Source: an uncultured Spartobacteria bacterium
GTDB taxonomy: Bacteria; Verrucomicrobiota; Verrucomicrobiia; Chthoniobacterales; UBA6821
Assembly: GCA_903858595.1 (NCBI GenBank)
Contig: CAIOJL010000004.1
Span: forward strand, 1 to 57,369
DNA length: 57,369 bases
Reading direction: 5' to 3'
The number at the start of each line of letters is the position of its first letter. The first letter of the stretch is position 1. Made by a program: the position numbers and the translations under genes. Shown piece by piece: positions 19,876-33,200 of this stretch. The notes beneath the pieces are model-generated. The model worked only from the letters and a program-made list of their open reading frames with translations. It searched no databases and was not told the origin of the DNA.

Positions 19876-20577
19876 ATGGCTCTCACGATCGAGGTTCTTG
19901 CTGATGATGATGCGGTTGCCAAAGCGGCCGCCGGAGTGATCGCAGTCGCTGCACGTGAGGCGGTGGCTGCTCGTGGCGTCTTCACCCTAGCTGTGAGTGG
20001 AGGCAAGACTCCTTGGGCCATGCTGAGGGATCTCGCATCCGAGGAGGTGCCTTGGTCCCAGGTCCATGTCTTCCAGATTGACGAGCGTATCGCTCCCGAG
20101 GGGGATCCTGATCGGAATCTGACCCACCTGCATGAATCTCTCCTAGGTAATGCTCCTATCCCGAAGGAAAACATCCATGCCATGCCGGTGAATTCCGTTG
20201 ATCCCATGGAGGGAGCCAAAGAGTACGAGAAAGTCCTTCAGGAGATTTGCGGCTATCCCCCGATTCTCGACATGGCTCATCTTGGCCTTGGACCTGACGG
20301 TCACACCGCGTCGTTGACTCCGAACGATCCTGTCCTTGAGGTCACTGACCGCGATGTGGCGCTGACCGATCCGGCGAATCTCTATCAGAACCGCCGCCGG
20401 ATGACCCTGACCTACCCGATGATCAATCGCTCACGACGCATCATGTGGCTCGCCACGGGCGCAGCCAAGATCCCGATGATAGTGAAGCTCAAGGCAGCCG
20501 ACTCCTCAATTCCCGGAGGAAAGATCAGTCAGGCTAACGCGCTGCTACTAACGGACACCGCCGCAGCTGGTATTTAA
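19876..20577 (+). CDS. pgl: 6-phosphogluconolactonase
   Basis: LAVSGGKTP, DER, LGLGPDGHTASL, RMTLTYP. Confidence 0.92.
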   Translation: MALTIEVLADDDAVAKAAAGVIAVAAREAVAARGVFTLAVSGGKTPWAMLRDLASEEVPWSQVHVFQIDERIAPEGDPDRNLTHLHESLLGNAPIPKENIHAMPVNSVDPMEGAKEYEKVLQEICGYPPILDMAHLGLGPDGHTASLTPNDPVLEVTDRDVALTDPANLYQNRRRMTLTYPMINRSRRIMWLATGAAKIPMIVKLKAADSSIPGGKISQANALLLTDTAAAGI

Positions 20578-21713
20578 TATTTTAAGGCCCGCTGATCCAA
20601 AGGCACGACGGTCTTGCCAACAGCAGGACCGACGTACTCGCTTAGCGGCCTGTAGAGACGGTTGTCGACGAGTTGCTCCAGGATGTGCGCCGTCCAACCC
20701 GAGGTGCGAGAGATCGCGAAGATCGGGGTGAACATATCGGTCGGAAGACCGAGCGAGTAGTAAACGGTGGCCGAGTAGAAATCGACATTGGCATTCAGTC
20801 CCTTGCGTTCCTTCATCAGCTCTGCGATGCGCTCGGACATGCGGATCCACTTCCCCTCGCCGAGTTGTTCGCAGAGCTGGACGGCCATGGATCGTAGGTG
20901 CGGGGCGCGCGGGTCGAGGGTCTTGTAGACGCGGTGACCGATGCCCATGACCTTCTTCTTGGTGGCGAGTGCCTCCTCGACCCAGCCGTCGACCTTGGTC
21001 TCGTCGCCAATCTCCTGAAGCATGTGAATGACTCCCTCGTTGGCACCGCCGTGGAGAGGTCCTTTGAGGGTTCCGATGGCGGAGGTGACGGCGGAGTAGA
21101 TATCGCTCAGCGTGGCGATCGTGACGCGGGCGGAGAAGGTCGAGGCGTTCATGCCGTGATCGGCATGGAGGACATAGGCAACGTCTAGGGTCATGGCGGC
21201 CTCGGCGGTGGGCTCAACGCCATTCAGGAGATAGAGGAAGTGGGCGGCCTCGCCGAGATCCTTGCGGACAGGGGGAAGATCCTGATCGAGACGGGCGCGG
21301 TGGTAATAGGCTGCAATCACGCCGATCTTGGCGGTGATGGAGACGGCACGGTGGCGATTGTTCGCCGGATCGATGTCACCGCTCGGGACCTTGTCGTAGA
21401 GACCCAGCATGGAAACGCCCGTGCGAATCACATCCATGGGGTTCGCATTCTTCGGGGCGGACTTGATGAAGTCGATGACACCCTGCGGGAGCTCGCGCTG
21501 CGATCCCAGTTCTTCGTGAAGAGCGTGGAGCTGTGCCTTGTTCGGGAGTTCACCTTGCCAGAGCAAGTAAACAACCTCCTCGTAGCTTACCTTGCCGGCC
21601 AGTTCGTCGATGTTGTAACCGGCGTAAATGAGGATGCCCTCTTCACCCCTAACGTCGCTGAGGGCTGTGGAGTTGGCGACGATACCTTCGAGTCCTTTGG
21701 CGATGACGGGCAT
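20574..21713 (-). CDS. gltA: Citrate synthase
   Basis: KGLEGI, ADHGMNASTF, GPLHGGAN, GIGHRVYK, NVDFYS; start at MPVIAK (21713), since the longer ORF overlaps sucD. Confidence 0.93.
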   Translation of the reverse strand: MPVIAKGLEGIVANSTALSDVRGEEGILIYAGYNIDELAGKVSYEEVVYLLWQGELPNKAQLHALHEELGSQRELPQGVIDFIKSAPKNANPMDVIRTGVSMLGLYDKVPSGDIDPANNRHRAVSITAKIGVIAAYYHRARLDQDLPPVRKDLGEAAHFLYLLNGVEPTAEAAMTLDVAYVLHADHGMNASTFSARVTIATLSDIYSAVTSAIGTLKGPLHGGANEGVIHMLQEIGDETKVDGWVEEALATKKKVMGIGHRVYKTLDPRAPHLRSMAVQLCEQLGEGKWIRMSERIAELMKERKGLNANVDFYSATVYYSLGLPTDMFTPIFAISRTSGWTAHILEQLVDNRLYRPLSEYVGPAVGKTVVPLDQRALKY

Positions 21714-21760
21714 GGGAGTGGGCTTTTGAGAGGGTGGATGATTGAGTTGGAAAGTGACGT

Positions 21761-22657
21761 TTAGTGCTTCATCCGGCGGATGAGCGCGTCTGCCATATCG
21801 GAAGGAGTCTCGGCAATTTCGATGCCGGCCGCCCGGAGTGCGGCGATCTTGCCGGCTGCCGTTCCCTGACCACCGCTGACGATGGCTCCTGCATGACCCA
21901 TGCGTCTTCCCTCGGGAGCGGTCGCGCCCGCGATGAATCCGGCGATCGGTTTCTTGCAATGCTCGGTAGCCCAGGCGGCGGCTTCTTCTTCAGCGCTTCC
22001 ACCGATCTCGCCGATCATGATGATCGCCTCGGTCTCGGGGTCTTCGTTGAACATCTTCAGGATGTCGAGATGGGAGGTGCCGTTGATCGGATCTCCGCCG
22101 ATGCCGACGCAGGTGCTCTGGCCGTAGCCGCGGGTCGTGAGCTGCCAGACGGCCTCGTAAGTGAGGGTGCCTGAGCGGGAGACGACACCGACACTTCCTT
22201 TCTTATGGATGTAGCCGGGAGCGATACCGACACGGCAGCCTCCATGGGACTTGTCACCGGTACCTGGTGTCACGAGACCAGGGCAGTTCGGGCCGATGAG
22301 ACGGGTCTTGGAGCCCTTCATGGCCTCCTTCACCTTCATCATGTCGATGACGGGAATTCCTTCGGTGATACAGACAACGAGGTCAAGGCCTGCGGCAACA
22401 CCTTCCAGGATGGCGTCAGCTGCGAACGGAGGCGGCACAAAGATGGCGGAGACGGTCGCTCCTGTCTCACGGACGGCCTGCTCGACGGTATCGAAGATCG
22501 GCACCTGGTTCTCAAAAAGCTGCCCCCCCTTGCCTGGGGTGACGCCGGCCACAACTTTCGTGCCGTAGTCGAGACTGAGCTTGGCATGGCGTGCGCCGAA
22601 GCTGCCGGTGATACCCTGAATAAGAACCTTAGTGTCGGGAGTGACGAGAATAGACAT
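21761..22657 (-). CDS. sucD: Succinyl-CoA synthetase alpha subunit
   Basis: [36 protein letters not shown]. Confidence 0.97.
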   Translation of the reverse strand: MSILVTPDTKVLIQGITGSFGARHAKLSLDYGTKVVAGVTPGKGGQLFENQVPIFDTVEQAVRETGATVSAIFVPPPFAADAILEGVAAGLDLVVCITEGIPVIDMMKVKEAMKGSKTRLIGPNCPGLVTPGTGDKSHGGCRVGIAPGYIHKKGSVGVVSRSGTLTYEAVWQLTTRGYGQSTCVGIGGDPINGTSHLDILKMFNEDPETEAIIMIGEIGGSAEEEAAAWATEHCKKPIAGFIAGATAPEGRRMGHAGAIVSGGQGTAAGKIAALRAAGIEIAETPSDMADALIRRMKH

Positions 22658-22699
22658 GGAGTGGGAGTGAAAAGTAAAGGTTTGCAGTTGACCCTGGGA

Positions 22700-23890
22700 T
22701 CAGGCGGCTGATTTTACGGCGGCGACGATCCTGTTCGCGGCGTCGAGGATGTTCTCGCCGCTTTCAAGCTTTAGGCCGCTCTCGGCAAGGGTCTTCTTGC
22801 CCGCCTCGACGTTGTTTCCCTCGAGTCGCACGACCAGCGGGATCGAGAGGCCGGTTTCCTTGGCTGCTTCGACGATACCGTTGGCGATGACATCGCAGTC
22901 CATGATGCCTCCGAAGATATTGACCAGGATTCCCTTCACGCGGGAATCCGCCAGGATGATACGGAAGGCCGAGGCGACCTGCTCACGGGTGGCGCCACCC
23001 CCGACATCGAGGAAGTTCGCGGGACTGCCGCCCGCATGCTGGATGATGTCCATGGTGGCCATGGCAAGACCCGCGCCATTGACTAGGCAGGCGATATTTC
23101 CATCGAGACCGATGTAGTTGAGGCTGTGCTTCGAGGCTTCGACTTCGCGCGGATCCTCCTCGGTGATATCGCGCATGGCGATGATCGAGGGCTGGCGGTA
23201 GAGGGCATTGTCGTCGAAGTTGAATTTCGCATCGAGGGCTATCAGGCGGCCATCGGTGGTGACGACAAGAGGGTTCACCTCGACCATCGAGCAGTCCCGC
23301 TCGATGAAGAGGCGGTAGAGATTAGTGAAGAGTTTTGAGGCCTGATTCATCAGCGGGCCGGTGAGTCCCAGTGAGGAGGCGATCAGACGAGTCTGGTAAG
23401 GCATGATCCCGAGGAAGGGATTGATGGAAAGACGGAGGATCTTCTCAGGGGTGTTCTCGGCGACCATCTCGATGTCCACACCTCCCTCGGTGCTGGCGAT
23501 CAAAACAGGAACCGACGTGGCGCGGTCGATAAGGATCGCGAAGTAGAGCTCACGGGCGATGTCTACGGCCTCACCGACAAAGATCTTGCCGACTTCCTTC
23601 CCCTCGGGGCCGGTCTGGTGGGTGACGAGAATCTGGCCGAGCATCTTCGAGGCAAAATCCTTGGCTTCCGCAGGGGTGTCGCAGAGATGGACGCCGCCCT
23701 TGAATCCGTTTTTGAACGTTCCCTTGCCGCGTCCTCCTGCATGGATCTGCGCCTTGATGACCAGCTTGCCTTGATTGAGTCCCGTCGCCACTGTCTCGGC
23801 CTCGTCGGGAGTATGGGCAACACTGCCCGGTTGGGTGGCGACGCCGAATTCGGCGAAGAGTTCTCGGGCTTGGAATTCGTGGATATTCAT
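22700..23890 (-). CDS. sucC: Succinyl-CoA synthetase beta subunit
   Basis: [44 protein letters not shown]. Confidence 0.97.
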   Translation of the reverse strand: MNIHEFQARELFAEFGVATQPGSVAHTPDEAETVATGLNQGKLVIKAQIHAGGRGKGTFKNGFKGGVHLCDTPAEAKDFASKMLGQILVTHQTGPEGKEVGKIFVGEAVDIARELYFAILIDRATSVPVLIASTEGGVDIEMVAENTPEKILRLSINPFLGIMPYQTRLIASSLGLTGPLMNQASKLFTNLYRLFIERDCSMVEVNPLVVTTDGRLIALDAKFNFDDNALYRQPSIIAMRDITEEDPREVEASKHSLNYIGLDGNIACLVNGAGLAMATMDIIQHAGGSPANFLDVGGGATREQVASAFRIILADSRVKGILVNIFGGIMDCDVIANGIVEAAKETGLSIPLVVRLEGNNVEAGKKTLAESGLKLESGENILDAANRIVAAVKSAA

Positions 23891-23986
23891 TTAAGGAAAA
23901 AAGATAAGCGTAACTCATACACAGGCATCGAACGGAGGGAAAGAACTCCCTTGTGAATGTGTGTAAAATCATACAGCGGGGTTGAT

Positions 23987-24005
23987 ACCCTCTCTCAGAG
24001 AGGGT
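23987..24005. other. Inverted repeat between the giant exoprotein gene and sucC (operator or hairpin)
   Basis: ACCCTCTCT-C-AGAGAGGGT; no U-tract on either strand. Confidence 0.3.
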
Positions 24006-24213
24006 GGAGATTTTGGCGAAGGGCGAAGAGGAAGACCGATGGCTACCTTCAGGCAACCAGAGCGATGACGACAATGCCATGCGCAGAAAGAAGCAGCTAG
24101 AGAGTCCGCTTAATGATGAGAGGTGATATGAGTTCCAGATTAACTAGATGATGTTTTAGAGGGCTTAACAGTCGAGAAGACAGTCCAAGATGACCACGCT
24201 CGGATTGCGAATG

Positions 24214-27200
24214 CTAAAGTGAGGCCTGCACTGGTGCAGGGGAGATATCGGCGGCCTTGCGATGTTCGTCGTCATCGTCGGAACCGCCATCCCCTCCCCC
24301 GTAGCCCATGATATCAATCGAGAAAACCGAGGGAGTGGCATCATCTTGATTGCCCGAATTGCTCTTATCAGCTGTCTTGTCAGCCGCGCTATTAGCTGCC
24401 GCCGCAGCGGCACTAGCTCCAGCTGGGGCCGAAACAGGAGGTGCTGCCGGTGGAGGGGCCGCGGCTGGGGCTGCAGCTGGAGGAGCTCCCACGATGGCAC
24501 CGGATGCCGCGATATTATCGGCGTTCAGGATCTTAGTGGCCGCCAGATTCAGAGTTCCCGAGGAGCGGATACCCGCATCACCCGCATCAATGACGCCCGA
24601 TGGCGCAACGAGATCGACAGTCCCCACGGCGGCATCTTTGACTGTTGCGAGGACACCGATGCCGCCACCGGTTGCGAGACCGGAGAGATCCGTTTCCACA
24701 TTGCCGCTGGTGGGATTCACCAGCACGCGGGTCGGAGGTGCTGTGGCCACCGTCTTCGCGGAGGATCCTGCGGCGATGTTCCCCTTGTCTGACCACATCA
24801 TGATATCTCCACCGCGAAGTGTGAAGATACGGCCGATTCCTATGGAGACATCGTTGCGGGTGTAGACATCGATCGCGCCGCCATGCTGGGTGACGATACC
24901 CGGAGGAGTCAGCGTGCTGAGGGTCGGTGGGACAATCGAGGCCAGGGAGACCCCTCCTTCCGGGGCAATCATGAAAATCGAGCCTCCATTCTGGGTACGG
25001 ATACTTTGAGTCCTGAGATTGATGTCTCCGGCTCGGGGGGTGGATCCGAACATCTCGGCGATGGCATTCTCTCCAGCTGAGTAGGTTCCGTAGCCGGGAC
25101 TTCCGACCTTATTGTGATCCCTTCCCGCATCACGAAGAACAAGAGAGAACAAGACCAGAGAGAGGCGCGCCTTCTGATCATCCGTGATTAAGGATGACAA
25201 AATCCCGGAGAGAGATCCGGCCGAGGCAAGAGCGGTGGCCAGATCATCATCCCCTCCCTGCAGGACCTGTTTCGATAGTTCCTTATAGTAGTTGGATGCT
25301 TCGGGAAGCGTCTGCACCTTTTGAATCAACCCAGTGAAATTAAGGGAGGAGGCTGCATCGAGGGAGGAAGGGAGATTGACACCAGCCATTGTGATGATGT
25401 CAGCTCCGTTGAAACTCAGGGCCGGATTGCGGGCATTTCCGATACTCGTGATGCCGACGCCCGTTCCATCGGCATTATTGGGGCCGTTGCCGAGATCGAT
25501 CCCGCCACCGGAGACCACCTCCAGGGTTCCGGGGCCGCTAATCTGGATATCCCCGCTACCGGTAATTCTCGCCTTGTATTGGCTGAGTTGCTGGTCGCTG
25601 AATCCAGTCCCCGCGGCTTGGGCAACCCTTTGGTAGAGGGTTTGATCATTATAGGCAATGATCCCGGAGACCGCAGAAATAACGCTGACATCCGAAGGGG
25701 AGAGATTCTGGAGATAAAGTCCCACATCCTCGATAAATCCCCCCGAAGAGATCTGCGCGCGTTTGGGTGAGAAGAGAGTGATGCCGGTGAGATCCCCCGA
25801 TCGGGCCACGATCTGCAGAGGGTTTGGATCGTTTTTGTGAAGGAGACCGGCATCGTGGAGCTGCTGCTGGAATTGCAGACTGGCCGCATCCCCCGAATAG
25901 GATCCCGTCTCCTGGAAGGGAAGGCCGTTGAATGAGGAGACGGGGGCCGACGGCGAAGGCATGCTGGAGGGACTCGCATCGGAGAGGTTGATCGTCGAGG
26001 AGATGTAGAGTCCCGAAGTGCCGATCGAAGGGGAGCCCGCTCCGTCTGTGGAGAGTCCGATCACACTGCCTGCGGCATCGAGAACAATATTGCCTGAAGG
26101 CGACGTCGCCGCGGTATAGCTGCCCTGCAGGAGGATATCCCCACCGAAGCAAACCGCCTGCAGAGAGGCCGGTTGGAGGGCCGTCTGAGAGACCAACGCG
26201 TTGACGCTTCCCGTGTTCAATCGCAGCCACGGCTGATAGAAGGACGACTTGTAATTATCGCTGGGGAGGATCGGACTGACATCCCCCTGATACCAGTTCA
26301 GCAGGATCGGAGAGACCGGATATCCTGCATTGGCGGCATACTGCCGGAGAGTCACGGAACCGCCGAGAGAAGCCACCGAGACTGAGGAAGAAGCGTCGAG
26401 GGTCGAGAAAAAAGAGTTGTAGTTAAGTCCGTTGTTGAGTCCCTCGGGCATCAGGAAGACGTTCGCCGCCGGCCCAAGAAGGACATTCCCAGAGGCGGCA
26501 ACGTCAAACGAGCTCTTGCCGAGGAACAGGGTGGTTGGCAGGGCTGCCCGATCCGTGCTTATTGGGGCACCCGCAATGGCGGCCAGCGAGGGAGTCATGA
26601 AGGTGTCGCGCGAGGGGTTGGTGATAATGGAACCACCCGCCCGGAGACGTCCCTGCCCCCTCTCCACATAATAGACACCGGCATCGAGGTTCTTGCCGGC
26701 ACGGATTGTCATGTCACCTCCTCCTGTTTCCACCAATGTTTGGGATGAGGGGGAAACCGGAACGGAGACTGTCGATCCTTGCGTCACCACATAGTCCGCA
26801 ACGGAGAGATTGTTCGCGGCAGCGAGATCAGCAGGGATCACACCGAATGCATCGGCCACGGTTTGGAGCGTGTCGCCGGAAGCCACCGTGTAGCTATCAC
26901 CGTTGCCGTCGGGAATGCTCAATGTGGCCCCCTCGGAAGGTCTTATCATTCCGATCGTGATCCCGTTCATCGAAGCAAGGGTTGAAAGCGGCACTCCTGA
27001 TTGGCTTGCAACGACTCCCAACGAAGAGTCATTACCAAGGGAGAGGGTTGTTTTTCCAGCCATGCGGGCCTGGGTCGGGATCACGGAGTCGACATTGCAG
27101 ATGATGCCGCCGGCCTTCATCGTGATATTCCCGCCTCCAAGAGCACCGACACCCTCGAAAAAATTGCTGAAATCGACCCACCAGGCGGTGGAGGTGATTT

Positions 27201-30200
27201 CGGTACGGGTGGTGGTCAGGGGCGTGACCCCGTCCGTGTCCAGCAGCATGTTGCCATTGGCATCCAGCTGATACGTCGTGTTTGCCACCGCGACGAATTT
27301 TCCGGTGATCGGATCGACGGCCCCCCTCCGGTAGAGCCAATTGGAGGGAAGTTCCCTCACGGAATCATCGACAACGACGGGGTTTCCGTCTCCATGGGTG
27401 ACGACCGCTCCTGTGGAATCTTTCTGGTAGGTCTTGTGGGCGATATTGCCGCCGACCTCAATGGAGATATTGCCGCCAGCCATCGAGAACTGCGCCTGAT
27501 AGGTCTGATAAATAGGGAGCGGGTTCCCATTGGCATCCATCAGGGGAGACCCGTTGACATCAGAGAGAGGAACGGGATTTCCATCAGCGTCGACCTTGAT
27601 CTGCTGGGCAGCACCGAGGCTGGTAGTTTCGATTCCGTTCATACTTGCAGCGGGCGTGTCAAAGGTTCCTCCCAGATTCTGATCCGGGACAAGGGTGCCG
27701 GCCGTGTAGACCGAGGAAAATTGGTTCCAGAGTTGAAAATCCCCCGAGGCATTGATGGCAATGTCACCGGTTCCGGTGCGGATCACCTGATAGAGTCCCC
27801 TGATCACCTGAGGGGTCAGCGCGTTTGCCCCATTCCCCGGATCATAACCCAGACCGGGGAGACCGAGCGTGACATTGGCAGCGGATCCTGTCGAAACGGC
27901 GCTGGTGTTGGCGGAGGACAGGTCAGTCCCGGCGGTGATGGCATACGACCAGCTTTGGAAGTTCGCGGGCAGCGCCGTGTTATGGCTCAGCAATGTGGCG
28001 GTGTAGTCGCTTGATGAGAATCCGTCGCTCAGACTGGCATTAAGGGCAATGTTTCCGGAGGCTCTCAGGGTCAGGAAGCCGGGCGCACTGTTGGCACCCG
28101 TACGGAACTGCGACAAATCCCAATCCTGCGAGAGCGTGAGATCACCTCCTTGATTAATGATTTCAACACCCGGGGCAAGATTCAGAACAGCTGCGACTGA
28201 GGGATCAAGGTCTCCTGTCAGTCTCGTGAGAATTGTGGCTGCCACGTCTGAGTTCGCACCCGGAGTTCCTAAAAATCCTTGGGCATCCGAGACCACTAGA
28301 GGAATGACAGAGGAAATCTCTGCAGATCCTCCGCCGTCCGGAGTCAGATCATAGAGTTTATAAGCCTCTACCGCGACACTCGAGGCCCCTGTGATCGTAG
28401 AGGAAATCTCGGAAATCTGAACATCGGAGCCATTGGCCAGTTGGGGAGCTCTCAGGTGCAGGGTGCCGCCAAACTGATCGATTCTCTCAGGAAGCGCTTT
28501 CACACCGAGATCCAGTGTGGATCCCGTTCGGAGATCAAGGAGAGCGTCGGGATTGATCACCCCGTTAACCGCCGCACCAGCACTCAGGAAGATCGATCCC
28601 CCCTTGCCCGCGGCATCGTAGGTGTCGCCATGGACGGAGAGAGAGCTTCCATCTTCCAGAATTACGCTTCCCGAAGCCTGCAGGGCGATAGCCCCGCCCG
28701 TCTTTCCGGAGGCATTGATTGATCCCGTGACATCAATAGATCCACCGTCTGCCGTCACCGTGAAGGAATGGGACTTCACGGCGGCATCGACCGCCACATC
28801 CCCAGAGCGAATCCTGAATGATTGGGAGGAGCTGAATCCAGCCGTTGCCAGCACCGGTTCGATGATCGACAAGGAAGAAAGCGATCCGACATCCAGGGTA
28901 AATGATCCTCCGATACCACCCGAGTTCCCTCCCTTGGCATTGATCAGGGCTTCTGAATCCACGGAGAAGGCACCACCGGGCGCACTGACCGAGAGGCTTC
29001 CTGCGGAGGAGGATTTGATGGCCGAAAGAACCAGTGCCGAACCGGCACCGAGAATCACATTGCCGGAACTCGAAACCAGAGTAATCGATCCTGCATCGGA
29101 AGAACGCACGTCACTCAGGAATGTTCCCTGCTTCCCGGAAACTCCGGCAACGGAGAGTCGGGCATTGTCGTTATTCCCGACGGTAAGATCGCCCGAAAGG
29201 GCGGTGGCAGTCAGCGATCCCCCTGGCAGGAGGATCGACGAATCGAGGGAGACCGATGAACCCAGGAGACTGAGTGCTCCTCCAGCCTGTAAGTCCGGAA
29301 CCGAACCGGAAGCGGCTCCGGATGAAGGGGAGACCAAAGAGAACGCACCGGCGGTGCTGAGCACCGTGGAAACTCCTCCCAAGGTCGTGACCAAAGGAGT
29401 GCTGATTTTCAGGTCGCTCGGCAGGCTTCCCGTACCGGCGGAGAAAGTACCTGAAGCGGTGCCGATCACCGAGGAGGATGCCTCCAGGGAAACAGCAGAG
29501 AACTGATCCCATGACATGCCATTTATACCCAGTGAGAGCTTGTCTGCGGAGATCCGGAGCGTCCCATCGGCCGCCGCCGTGACCGCACCCGGACCGGATG
29601 CCTGAACGGACGGATGATCGGAGCCAAGCGGATTCACCATCACGGCGGGGTTATCAAGCAGGATCGATCGGGCCGAGAGGAGAGCCTCATCCCCCGAATG
29701 ATCAAAGCCGCGGATCTCCCCGGCGTGAAGGGTCAGACTCCTCAAGGAGGTAGAACCGACGACTCCAGCCCCATAGAGATCAAGCGAACTATAGCTGGTG
29801 AATGAAAGGGATGTCGCCGAACTGAAACCATTCAACTGAGCGCTGGAGAGAACAAGGGCGTTGGCGGAGGAGGCATCCAGGTCCGCCGCCGTAAGAGTCG
29901 GAGAGGAAAGAAGAGCGATTTGTCCAGCCGTCAGTAAGAGTGAAGCAGCGCTCAGCGTGGTCGTCGGGGAAACCGTTGCGAGGGCACTGGAATCAAGAAT
30001 CACACCCTTGCCCGACAGGAGCGATCCATCCGCAAGGCTCAGGGAGGGAGCGCCGGGATTGCCATTGCCATCGGTGAAGCCTAACTGGGTCGCCAGAGAA
30101 TCGACACCGGCACGCCGAGAGGTGACCGCGCTGTCCGAACTCACACGGAGAAGAAGACCATCCCCTGCAAGGGTGAGCGATTCATCAGGAGCAGCGGATG

Positions 30201-33200
30201 TACCCGCGGCCGTAAGCGAGGCCCCTGATCCCAGAGAGATAAGCGTACCGCCCACGAGGATAATGTCGTTGCCCACAAGTTTCGTGCCATCCTGGATCGT
30301 GACGGAGGGACTGCTGACAGTGATAGGAGTGGTGCCATCGGACTGCACGGCACCGCGGCTTCCTCCGAGAAGAAGACTTCCGAAAGACCACCCCGAAAGC
30401 TGTTTCGCCCCAAGAAGAAGGGCTCCACTCGGATCTCCCGATCCGTCCGCATTGACCACGATCGCCAGAGGTGAGCTGACATCGATCCGCGCCCCCACAC
30501 CCTTCCCTAAACCTGAACCGCTGACGGAACCGGCCAAAGCCATCCCTGCCGAGGCGACAAAGTGGACACTCCCCCCGTCCGCCGGTTTCGGCGAGGCCAC
30601 ACTGGAATTGAAGAAGGTGTCCACCTGCAGAAATCTCTCCTCGTTTTTCCCCGCGAGAACGTAGGGTGAGGAGAGTATGAAGCTGCTTGCCAGCGATGAA
30701 AGTCCCGATGCTCCGTCCATGCCGTTGAAAACGATTCCCGAAAGTAGGATAGATCCGTCGGGATGGGGGACGGGAGATCCCGTAGCACCAGTGCCGGAGG
30801 CGCTGATGAGATAGGCGCCGGGGAGAGTTGCATAGGATACGGGAAGCAGGGTGTAGTCGCCTGCGGCAAGCCCCCCTGCCCCGGGCAGCCTTACCTTCTG
30901 ACCGAATGGGATGGATCCGTCCGAGTAACCGGTCGGTGCATAATCAGCGGTATATCCGGGAACAATCGCGTAACTGTTCGGCAACTTGGTCCAGTAAGGA
31001 CCGATCACCGGAGTGATTCCCGAGGAGGCCTGAACGGCTGACCAGAGACTCCCCCCATAGAGGACCAGATCCCCGGTACGGTAGCTATTCTGAGATGCAT
31101 AGGAAGTTCCGCTTCCCGTCCAGTTGATCGTTCCGCCAAGGCCATAGACCCACTGGGGAGCCTCCAGCGTCCCTCCACCGCTAACATCGACCGAAGAACC
31201 CTTTTCCATGGTGAGTTGAGAAGCCGAGAGGTTGACCGATTTTCCGGGAACTCCCCTGTAGGTGATGTCGAAGCCCGAGGGGTCCAGCCATTTCTGCCCG
31301 TCGGCAGAGGTTCCGTAAGGGAGAGCCATTCCATTGCCCGAGACGGAGATAAGACTCCCAGCCTGAAGCGTGAGGGTGGTGGTGGAGGGGAGACTCAGAT
31401 TGGAGAGAAAGTCCTTAGAACCACCGGTACCACCCAGCGTGATGGAACCCATCGGCGCGAAGAGCGATCCTCCGATGGTGAGGGTGTCGGCATAGAGCCC
31501 GAGGGAAGCTCCCGCGGAGAGGGGCGCTTCGGGCATGCCGGAGCGGATCAGGGTGATATGCCCCAGAGTGCCTCCCGAGGAGAGAGCCTCGCCGGTCGAA
31601 GGATCATAGCCGTAGGCGACCGCCTTGAACGAGGTGCTTCCGGCAGGATAGATCTCCGCGGCTGTCAGCGTAAGATCCCCGGTGACATCCAGGGTTCCAT
31701 CACCACGAATCGCCCCGCCGGGTGCCGAGAGACTCGTGCGGCGGATTCCCTGCAAGGAGAGATTTCCCAGATCGATAAGCCGCGCGTTCTCAACCGTGAG
31801 GCTTCCCGGGACATTGGCTCCATCGGCACCGGCTGATGGAGCACCCAGAAGGGTTTGATCGGAAGTGCCTGGAGGATTGGGCGTGCCGAATTTCTGCCCC
31901 AGGATGACATGGGCGGCCGAAAGAGTGACCGCATTGTCGGCACTCAGAGTTCCTGCCGTGGCAGCCGTTATGGTTCCAGGAACCGAGAGGGAGACGGGCC
32001 CGGAGAAGAAGGTTCCTCCGCTCAACTTCACCGAATCAAAACCTCCTCTGCGGAACGTGGCGAGGGAGACCTCTCCACCGCCATTCAGACTGGGCGCGGC
32101 GATGGCATCGGGAAGAGTCAGCTCGACACCCACTTGGGAGCCCGGGATGGAGGGATCAACGGCAGGAGGAAGAACGCTCCCCGACTGCACGATCATCAGG
32201 GTTAACGGGTTTTCCGCGGAACCGGAGGAGAAGGATACTGTCCCTCCCGCTGCCGTCGTACCGCCGCTGCGCCCCATCAACGTCGCATCGGAGTAGAGTG
32301 CTTTTTTACCAGAGAGAGTGATGGAGCCCCCGGCGCTGTCGATCCGTGAGGAGACGAATCCACTCTGATTCAATCCCAACTGAGCGGGCAGGAAATCGAG
32401 TAAACCCGAGGTGCCGGAGACATCAAGAAGCCCACCCTCTGCGAGAATATTTCCCCCGAGAGAAATACTTCCACCTGGAAGCACTGCACCGAAGCGCGAC
32501 CTCGCGCCCAGAGGATCAACGGTTGTCAGCACGATGCCAGCCGTCGACAAAACAGCCGACGGGGCGAGATCGAGCGTTGCCTGCGGATAGTTGGGAGGCT
32601 GATCATTGGAGGGAAAATCACCGGCAGCCGCTACCTTGATTCCTCCAGCCGGCGCAAAGATTGATCCATCGATCGTCACCGTGTTGCCGAAGAGAGAGAC
32701 AGATCCGCCCACCCCGGAACCAGAGGCCGTCAACTGGGGATCGACGATGATCGAGGCTCCTGAGCCGAGCACCAGATCACCTCTGGCCAGCACCTTGGAA
32801 CCCAAGAGAAGATTATCGTCCACTGTACCGGCCGAGGAGAAGGAGAGTTGTGCCGCGGGCCGCAGGGGGGATGGCAACAAGAAGGGAACAAGTGAAGAGC
32901 GGGATTGATTCAGAATCTGGGAAGCAATCACCGGATGAATCAAGGTTCCCTGATCGATCACCAAGCCCGGACGATAGGCATCATCCCCGGGAAGACCGAC
33001 TCCGGTTCCTGCAAGGGTGAATGAGGAAAATCCTCCCGTGTTGAAGAATGAGGGAAGGATCTCCGTCTCGCCGGTCAGCGCCGTACCCCCGACGCGGATA
33101 GCCGTGGCGGCCAGCGATAGCGATCCCCCACTGATCCCGGGTCCGGAGTATCCCCTTAGAGTCGATCCCAACCGGAGCGTGCCGTCATGGATGTCGGCGA

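Noticed and set aside
21714-21959. N-terminal extension of citrate synthase in the ORF track
   Set aside because: Overlaps sucD in another frame; homology begins at MPVIAKGLEG.
24214-24900. CdiA-type toxin tip on the giant exoprotein
   Set aside because: The C-terminus is DUF3739-like with no VENN motif or toxin domain, and no convincing immunity ORF follows.
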